From: Octopus sinensis
Lineage: Eukaryota
Length of the DNA stretch: 64,000 bases
Assembly (NCBI RefSeq): GCF_006345805.1
Contig: NC_043012.1
Span: 29,202,001-29,266,000, forward strand
Direction of reading: 5' to 3'
Under the pieces are notes generated by a model, which saw nothing but the letters and a program-made list of their open reading frames with translations, was not told the origin of the DNA and did no database searches. Both the position numbers and the translations under genes were made by a program. This document shows, in pieces, positions 55,628-64,000 of this stretch. Numbering within the stretch: position 1 is the stretch's first letter; every line of letters begins with the position of its first letter.

Positions 55628-56972
55628 CCGGAGTAAACACATAAATGTGAAACAAGGTGGAAAAAAGAGTACTCAAATACCAGTGGTAGAGTAATATGCT
55701 TTATTTAAAGCAGCAGAAAATTCAACAAAATCTGTTACTCTGAGTTTCTCGTTGCCGTTCATCAGACAGTTTTTGCTAGAATGGAACCGATATATCAATT
55801 CAATCTAGACTCTTACAAATGCTACACCTTTAAAAAAATGGACTTGTTTGATTGGCCCTTTAGAAATAACGGTCAATCTTCGAGCGATAAACAAAAAAAG
55901 CTCAAAAATATATGTATATATATATAAAAAATTATAAAAATTATAAAATTCGAGGAAAAAACCTTACATTGAATAAAATATATATTGACGTTAATGAAGA
56001 AAGTATAATTAATGCATAGAAATTAAAACCTATTATAAATATTACACTGCAATACATATTTATATTAAAGTGTACATATATATATCAACATACACAGAAG
56101 GATGCGTGCAAACGCCATACATATACAGACGTATAAATATAAATCTAAAATATACACATAAATGCATGCGTACATATATGCACGCAATCTATCTCGCATG
56201 CAAGTTAAAATCATCGATGTAGCGATTCTCATATACTGAGTAAAGCTGAAGTAAGGGGGACGTAAAGTTGCATCAGTATCAGTTAGAGAAAAAAACGAAA
56301 GAAAGGAAGAGAGAGAAAAAGGAACGAAGAAGGGGGAAGGAAAAAAGAAAAAGAAGGGGTGGGGAAAAAACGAAATAAGAAAAATTATGTATACAAGCTG
56401 TGTAACCGCATTATTGACATATATGGAGACAAGTATACAAATACACAAGTTCGAATGGATACATACACATACAGTCGTGTATATGTGTGCTTAAGCACAA
56501 ACATACGCTCACTTACACATACACAGATACGCATGCTTACAAATACATATCCATGGCTATACACATACTTATATCAAAATTCTAATTTTTGACAACATTG
56601 CTTTTTTAAAAAAAAATGAGTGCAATAATAAAAAATATATACGAAAGACATATAAAATAAAATATAACACCTTATTTTGGATCATCTATAAATTAAAAAT
56701 CAAGGTAATCCTATGCAATACAATAACATGAAATAAACAAAGTCGAAGGTTTTTCCTAATGTATATGCAGAAATATAAGACTTTGCTATACGGAATGAAA
56801 TCTGCATATACGATGGGCTTCTTTCAAATTCCATCTACCAAATCCACTCTCAAGGCTTTGGTCGGCCCGATGCTATAGTAGAAGGCACTTGCCTAAGGTG
56901 CCACACAATGGGACTGAACCCGGAACCTTGTGGTTCGTAAGCAAGCTACTTACCACACAGCCGCTCCTATGC
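55318..56972 (-). mobile_element. Bipartite SINE (head 56808-56972, 3' part 55318-55510) expanded by insertions in its internal microsatellite
   Basis: Head GGCTGTGTGGTAAGTAGCTTGC..GGGTTCAGTCCC..GGCAAGTG; 3' part ..GGTGCTCCAGCATGGCCGCAG..GAAACAAGTAAAAGAG; same layout as 46005-46380. Confidence 0.7.
55732..55769 (-). ncRNA. Compact type I hammerhead motif (GUA site) within PLE-type fragment 55628-55800
   Basis: CTGT-CTGATGA-ACG gcaa CGA-GAAA-CTC a GAG-TA-ACAG. Confidence 0.82.
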
Positions 56973-57021
56973 CTATATACATATATAAACATAAATATAT
57001 ACATATAAAAATATACATAAT

Positions 57022-57113
<92 letters not shown>

Positions 57114-57117
<4 letters not shown>

Positions 57118-57592
57118 TGTGGGCGCCGTTAATTGAAAAGTTAATTTCGTTAATCGTTAATCCGTTAATTCTTTGAAAAAATGCAGCGGAAGTTAACGTT
57201 ATTCCGTTAACATCAACTTTTATTGAAAAAAGATATAACTACAGTTTAATACCCCACCGATTGTGTTGTCTCATAACTTCCAGAAAAATGAACACGTTTT
57301 GGCGAAGCTTTCACCAAGTAATCGTTTATATCGTGTAGATTGATTGTATATAAAGATTTGTTGGAAAAACTTTTCCGAGTGGAGGGGAGAGGAGTTTCAG
57401 AAAATTTACACGACTCCACGTTTCCCCCTCATAACTTTCTGGAAAACAGGTATTTTTAAATGAAATTTTATACAAATAGTCTTCGATCGGTGTAGATTAC
57501 GATTGCAAAAAATATATAGGCAAAATATTTGGAAAGATGAAGTAGGGAGGGGTTTCTGGAAAATAGAGTTTCGGATTAGACGGCCCACATTA
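57114..57592. mobile_element. Possible hAT-like non-autonomous DNA element
   Basis: Short inverted ends ATGTGGGC / GCCCACAT and subterminal CGTTAA repeats; no clear TSD. Confidence 0.4.
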
Positions 57593-57639
57593 AGTTGAAA
57601 TGAAGGAAGACAGTTCAAAATGGCAGGAAGACAGTTCGA

Positions 57640-59765
57640 ATGGCACAATTTTGCTACTCTGGTAATCCACGTGAACGTTAATAATCCGTTGCAGCACAAG
57701 ATATTCTACTTTCATCCAACTCTGGCCGCCTCCGTAAATCCAATGGTATATCCAGGGCACGAATACAGTCAAAAGAAGACAATTTTCACAATAATTTTTC
57801 CGGAGGTATACGCCTCCCCCCAAAAACACAATTCTCACTACAGAGTGAGTCTTTTCGCACGACCACAGGCAGACAAATGTCTGGAACCCAGTGGAGACCC
57901 TTGTTCGACACAAATTATTAATACAAACAACAGACTCTACTAAGGCCCCCAAAAACCAAACGCCTTACCCGTAGTCGTGCTTCAACTTTCCAATATTTCA
58001 ACGTCGAATGACGTGACTTAGGAGCGTGACAAAAAACCACGCACTCAAAACAAACACGCAAGCTACTTACCACACAGCCACTCCTACTCCTACGTCTACA
58101 TATGTTGAGGATCTGTCGTAGCTTCGATTGCTGGAAGCATTCAAGGCGCTTGAATTCACGGCGGTACAACGTCTAAGTCTCACAAGCGTAGAGAAGAGTT
58201 GAGAGGACAATGGCACGGAACACCATGATCTTTGTCCGGATGGTCAGAGCGTGATTGAAGAATACGCGTTGGCTGAGTCTGCCGAAGGCGGAGTGGACGC
58301 TCCAATCTGGTTCTCCACGTCCCTTTCACACATGGGAGTCTTCGTAAGGATACTTCCAAGGCATGTGAAATGTTCAACTTCTTCTCGGGGTTGACCGTTG
58401 ATGCTAATGTTTGTGGGTGAGCTGTTCTGGCCTGGTGCAGGTTGGATCAGTGTCTTGGTCTTTAATGCATTTACTTGCATCCTGAGGCGTTCGTAAACCG
58501 CGTTGTAAAGAACGGCCGTCCTTTGCAAGTCATCTGCGGTCCGGCTCGGAGTGGCATTGTCGTCGGCAGACTGCATCTCAGGGACTGAGATAGCGGAGGT
58601 CCTCTCTTTGCACGGTGGCGTGCAAGAATGCCATCCAAGCGATCGCGCATGTTGATGGAAGGCGAGTCTAGTGGGATTTCGCTGAACATGGCGGCCATGT
58701 ACAAAGGGAAACTGGTTGGTGCCAGGACGCATCCTTGCTTAAGACCCCCCCAATGATGGGAAACGGGTCTGTGAGGGCAATTTGATGACATACCCTACCC
58801 ACTATGGCGTCGTGGAGGGAGCGGATCAGGGCAATGAAGTCCTCCGGACATCCATACCGGGCAAGGACGGCCCACATTGCAGGACGCGGGACCCTGTCAA
58901 GGTATTTCTTTAGATCCCAGAAGATGAACATTACAGGCTGCTGTTGTTCCTAACACTTCTCCTGGAGTTGATGGGCACAAAAAAATCATGTCAGTTGTGC
59001 CTCGAGAGGGTCGAAATCAACACTGGGACTCAGGGAGCATGTCATTCGCGAGGATGAGGAGGCGATTGAGTAGGATACGGGCGAAGATCTTACTTGCAAT
59101 ACTCTGGAGTGAGATGCCCCGATAGTTGTTGCAATCCTCTCGGTCTCCATTCTTGTAGATGGTGATGATAGTTGGATCGTGGAAGTCGTTGGTGGGGCTC
59201 TTGCTTTCCCAGATCTTGAGGATAAGAAGCACCAGATGATTTCTCAGCTCAGGACCTCCGTACATAAAAAACTCAAACGGGACGTTGTCTGGTCCTGGAG
59301 CTTTCCCTGGTTTCATGCGCGCAAGTGCTTTGTTGAAATTCATGGCACGAAGGCGGCAGGGACATCCGATGGCGATGGGGAGATGTGGGGGTGTTTTGGA
59401 GGAGATTGTCAGGAGTGTTTGAGTGGTCGTTAAGTAGGCACTCGAAATGAGACTTCCAGCGATTGAGGATTCTCCGGTTGTCGGTTATCGCGGAGCCAGC
59501 TGCGTTCTTCAGGCTGCCCACTGATGAGTTTGTGGGGTCGAAGATCTCTTTGGTTGCGGCATAAAAGCTGTACAAGTCTCGTTGGTCCCCATAGTTTTGC
59601 ATCTCCTCTGCTTTCCTCAGCCACCAGATGTTATGAGCTTCTCGAATTCCTCGCTGGCATGCCGCTGATGCTTGCTGGTGTTTTCGTTTGTTCTCCGCAG
59701 TGGCATGGTTCTCGAGGGCTTGGCACGTCCGGAGTTTGGCTTCGATAAGATGGGAGATGGTTTCA
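57640..59765 (-). mobile_element. RTE-clade LINE, 5'-truncated and frameshifted
   Basis: KPGKAPGPDNVP, NYRGISLQSIASKIFARILLNRL..LPESQC, FWDLKKYLDRV, GLKQGCVLAP, ADD, VEHFTCLGS; SINE fragment nested at ~58057-58090. Confidence 0.92.
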
Positions 59766-60068
59766 TAATATATGTATGTGTGTATATATACATACATACA
59801 TACCTACATACATACATACATACACAAACACACGCACGCACACACACACACACATACACACACACATATATATATATGGATATATATGTATATGTAAGTA
59901 TGTATATATATATGTATATATGCATATATATATATATGCATACATACATGCATACATTCATACATACATACATATATATATATGTGTGTATGCTGTATGT
60001 ATATATATGTATATATATATATATATATATATACATATGTATATATACATACATACATACATACATAT

Positions 60069-60103
<35 letters not shown>

Positions 60104-60828
60104 ACAATTAAATCGGAAAGATTCCTTGATCACTCTTTTACCTTCATTATTTTGCTTGTTAATGTTTCTTTCTATTGTTTTTATAGTAGTAGTAGTAGTA
60201 GTAGTTTGCAGTTTTTAAATGGTATCAAGTAAACACTCCTTTCACAAAGCCACCCCACCCTATCACCGTCGTCGTCGTCGTCGTAAACATCATCATCATC
60301 ATCTTCGTCATCATCAGTGTTTGTTGTTTTCATTTCCATGTCCAACTCCTGCTTTCGCCTCTCCACATTCCCCAATTTTATCTCCGTTTTTTTTTTCTAC
60401 TTTCTCCGTTTCCGTTTTCTCTTTCCTCTTTATTTCCTCTTCCCTTTTTTCCTTCTCTCTTCATTGTCGACAGCGTCACCCAACCAACCTCATGCACGAA
60501 CTATTTGCTAGACTTTCTAACTGAGACGACCGTTTCAAGGTAGTCATGCTAATGAGAGCATGTGCTATCATTATACTTTGAAGCACCGAAACGATCCTTC
60601 ACTATTAACATCAAAGTACACACTTCACACTGACAACGTTTGGGTTGAAAGACTGTTTGATGGGTGTCGTCTACCTGCTTAGCAAAAGGTTCCCTTTCAT
60701 CCTATCTGTTTTAGAAACACGCCTGGAATTTAGGAGGTATTATTTATGGCTCACTACAGTTTTGTTCTGAATGCAGAGTTGTGTTTACTAACACAGTCGT
60801 GCAGTAATATGTATCTGGAAATACAGTC

Positions 60829-60897
<69 letters not shown>

Positions 60898-61199
60898 GAG
60901 AGAGAGAGAGTGAGAGTGAGAGAGGGAGACTGGGAGGGAGAGAAGAAAGAATAAGGGAGAGAAGAATTTAATCCCGTACTAAACTTAGGCATTATTTACA
61001 GATCTTCCATGAAAATTAAAAGCAAAAATGCTTTAATCGCGATTTGAACTCAGAGTGCAGAGAGCCGCAGTATATAACATACAGAAAGTAGCACTACACG
61101 CAGAGTTCGTTCAAAACAATGGAAATAGCAAAAATCAAAATACTCTATACTCAGAGCTTTGTGCAGTGAAGTCACAATAAAATTAAGCCGGCAAAAACC

Positions 61200-62240
61200 A
61201 GCAATTTTGGGAGAAGGTATTGAATATCTGATTATACTTTATTTTATCGACTCTGAGAAGATTAAAGAAGTTGACTTCGGCGGTATTTCAAGATCCAGAC
61301 AAATGCTTCGAAGCATTTTCTGACGAAGTATTTTTTGCGAATACCACGCCTTAATTCTAAATGTGACTATATTACATTAGCCACAATGACTACAGTTTTT
61401 GAACGGGTTTAGTCGTTGCCATCGACCCTAAGTACCTAAGGATGATGGGCAAAGTTGACATCAATGGGACTAGAAACTAGAACGTAAAGAGCTGGATCAA
61501 ATACCGCAAGGCATTTTTTTCCGATGCTTAAACGATTCTAGCAATTCATTTCCCAATAATAATAACAATCTTTTTTACTGAATGCAAAAGGCCTACTGGT
61601 ACTTATTTCATCGACTCCAAAAGGATGAAAGACAAAGTCGACCTCGACAGAACTCAGAACGTAAAGACGGATGAAATTCCGCTAAGTATTTTGTCCGGTG
61701 TGCTAACGATTCTGTCAGCTTGTCATCTTAATGATCCTTTCGGCTATAGGCAAAGGGCCTGACATTTTGTGGGGAAGTGGTTAGTCGATTACATCGGCCA
61801 CAGTACCCGACTGGTACTGTTTTATCGGTCCTGAAAGAATGAAAGGCAATGTCGATCTCGGTAGAATTTGAACTCAAGGCGTAAACAGTTGGAAGAAATA
61901 CCGTGAGGAATATTTTCCGAAATATTTAAGATTCTATCAACCCACCATCCTCAAATATTTAGGGACAGCGCCAGCAATATTGAGGGTAGGGGTTTAGTCG
62001 ATACCATCGACCCCACTATTTGACTGGTACCGACCCGGAAGGATCGAATGCGAAACTCACAGTATTTGAAATCAGAAAGTAAAGACTCGAAAGAATTGCA
62101 GCAAGTCATTGTGGCCAACTCTAACGATTCTGCCAATCTACCGCCGCCCTATAGAATGGCTTCTAAGATAGGCACAGGGCTTGAAATATGGAGCTGGTAG
62201 GGGTTAGTCAATTACATCGACTCCAGTATTTGATTGGCTC
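61200..62240 (-). repeat. Tandem cluster of about 5 diverged Nin-domain SINE units
   Basis: Recurrent ATCGAC..GAAAG.ATGAAAG.CAAAGTCGAC..GAACTCAGAACGTAAAG..AAATACCG..AACGATTCT about every 200 bp. Confidence 0.7.
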
Positions 62241-64000
62241 TTTCTTTCATAAACATTGGTGGGCTAATAATAAGACCAGTAAGAGCAACAACAACAACAA
62301 CAATCATCCTCATTGTCATCAATCATCATCTTTATTGCCATCAATTATATATCATCTTTATCATCATCATCATCATCAATTCCCATCAACATCAGTCATC
62401 ATTATCAGCAGTTTCAACGACAACAAGAACAAAAGCAACGAATATAAGAACACAAATAAATAGAAAACCAGAGAAAGGAATCCATTAGCAAAATGAAAGA
62501 GATACGTTCTGATTGAAGGTTATTTAAGCAAAACAGAGCAGAGAAGGTGAAGAGCGGGAACTGCGTTTCTTTTTAGAAGTGAGGAGGTGAAAGTAAATAT
62601 TTTGAAAATCGAAAAAAGAAAAAAAAAAGAAAAGTATTTTGAAAGGAAAAAATCTAAAATAACCAAGGGAAATATATGGAAAAAACGGAAAGGAAGAAAA
62701 AGAAAAGGCTAAGACAAGACGATGAAAAAATAACGACTCATAAAAAAAAGAAAGAAAAAGAACGAATTGTAAAAGAGATGTAACATAGAAGAATTCTTTT
62801 AGACTCGAGTTAAAAAATATGGCTGCGAGCAACATTCCTTCGGTTTGCCTTATAAAAAAAAAGGGTGGTAATGGGACAAAGAGGTGAAAGACATCACCGA
62901 TATAGGACGCGGAGATGACCGAATGATGGCGAGAAAATGCCCGGTCGTCTCTCACCCCTCTCTCACTTCGTCTGTCTCTGTCTCTCTTAGCCGAATCTTC
63001 CTTTCTCCTTCTATCAGTCTTTTCCTCCTTCTTTCACTTTTTCTGTATCTCTTTTAGACTATTTCTGACTCATCCTTTCTCCCTTTATATCTTTTTCTCC
63101 ACGCTCACTCCTCTTCCTTTCTTTCTCTTACATTTTCATTCTGTCTTTCTCCTTCCTATATTACTCTCTCTTCTCCCCCCTCTCTCTCTCCCTTACATTA
63201 CTAGATGCCACCACTTGTACATGTTTTATTCATCTTCATGTTCAACTGTCAACAATATGTCTTTGAAAATGACTCCGTGGCTGTTGTTTAGTAACTGTTG
63301 TTACTTATCTTTTTTTGTTTTTATTAATATTGTTGTTATATTTAGTTGTTATTGTTTATATTTTATTCTAAACGAAAGGAAAACAAATATGCAATGGTAA
63401 GAATTCTGTCAACATTTATATTTGGGAATTCAATTGCAGACGATTCTCCAACAAATATACATAAACGCATATACACTTACGCAAATACATAGAGACATAA
63501 AATTGCATTCTCATGCTCCCACACGCGCACATACACATACTCTTACGCGCATACACCACCCGCACGTATACAAATAACATATGAGCATAAATATGCATTT
63601 CCTTTTAAATACCCATACACATACTTCTTTATAAACACATTCGCATATACACATCATACATGCACACATAAACACACACATACATGAGAAAGACTTTCAG
63701 TGGTCGTTTAGTCTCCCAGAAATAGTAGCCACGCCGCCCTCAAATTTCATTTAATAATGAACATATTTAATGTCTCAAATGAACTGACTGAAAAGACGAG
63801 ATGGTCACGGCTTGAATGTAATCATGGATCCACTCGACCAAAGTTGACCGGGGTTAAAAGACAATAATACAAGCATTTACAAACCATTTGATGTCAGTTA
63901 CTCTCTTCGTCCCCGTTTTTCGCGGTTCTACAGTAATTCGGTCGTTGCAAAACGGTTTTTCTGTGGGGACAGGCCCTCGCCGCTCAACGGTTTCCATTTC

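Overview
Eukaryotic, AT-rich, repeat-saturated non-coding DNA (intronic or intergenic). The microsatellite load and SINE types point to an octopus/cephalopod genome; that assignment is an inference. No host protein-coding exon can be supported, and most ORF-track entries are microsatellite translations. Recognisable content: three R4/Dong-type REL LINEs sitting in (TAA)n or (TACA)n tracts, a full-length Mag-like Gypsy LTR element (identical 218-bp LTRs, 5-bp TSD, tRNA-Leu PBS, broken ORFs), decayed RTE, Hero-like and CR1-like LINEs, mariner/pogo relics and MITEs, and many tRNA-derived SINEs. There are also several Penelope-like elements (PLEs, GIY-YIG) and small non-coding PLE derivatives. The main signal found by reading the DNA is about 16 type I hammerhead-ribozyme (HHR) motifs from about 11 unrelated repeat families. 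They include natural G3-C8 and U3-A8 swaps of the core C3-G8 pair, a tRNA-headed SINE carrying an HHR and a PLE-type tail (3 copies), and a 339-bp terminally redundant retrozyme-like unit. Many of these insertions share a fold-back (inverted arm plus tail extension) architecture. All structures were read by eye; none has been tested for cleavage or searched against databases.
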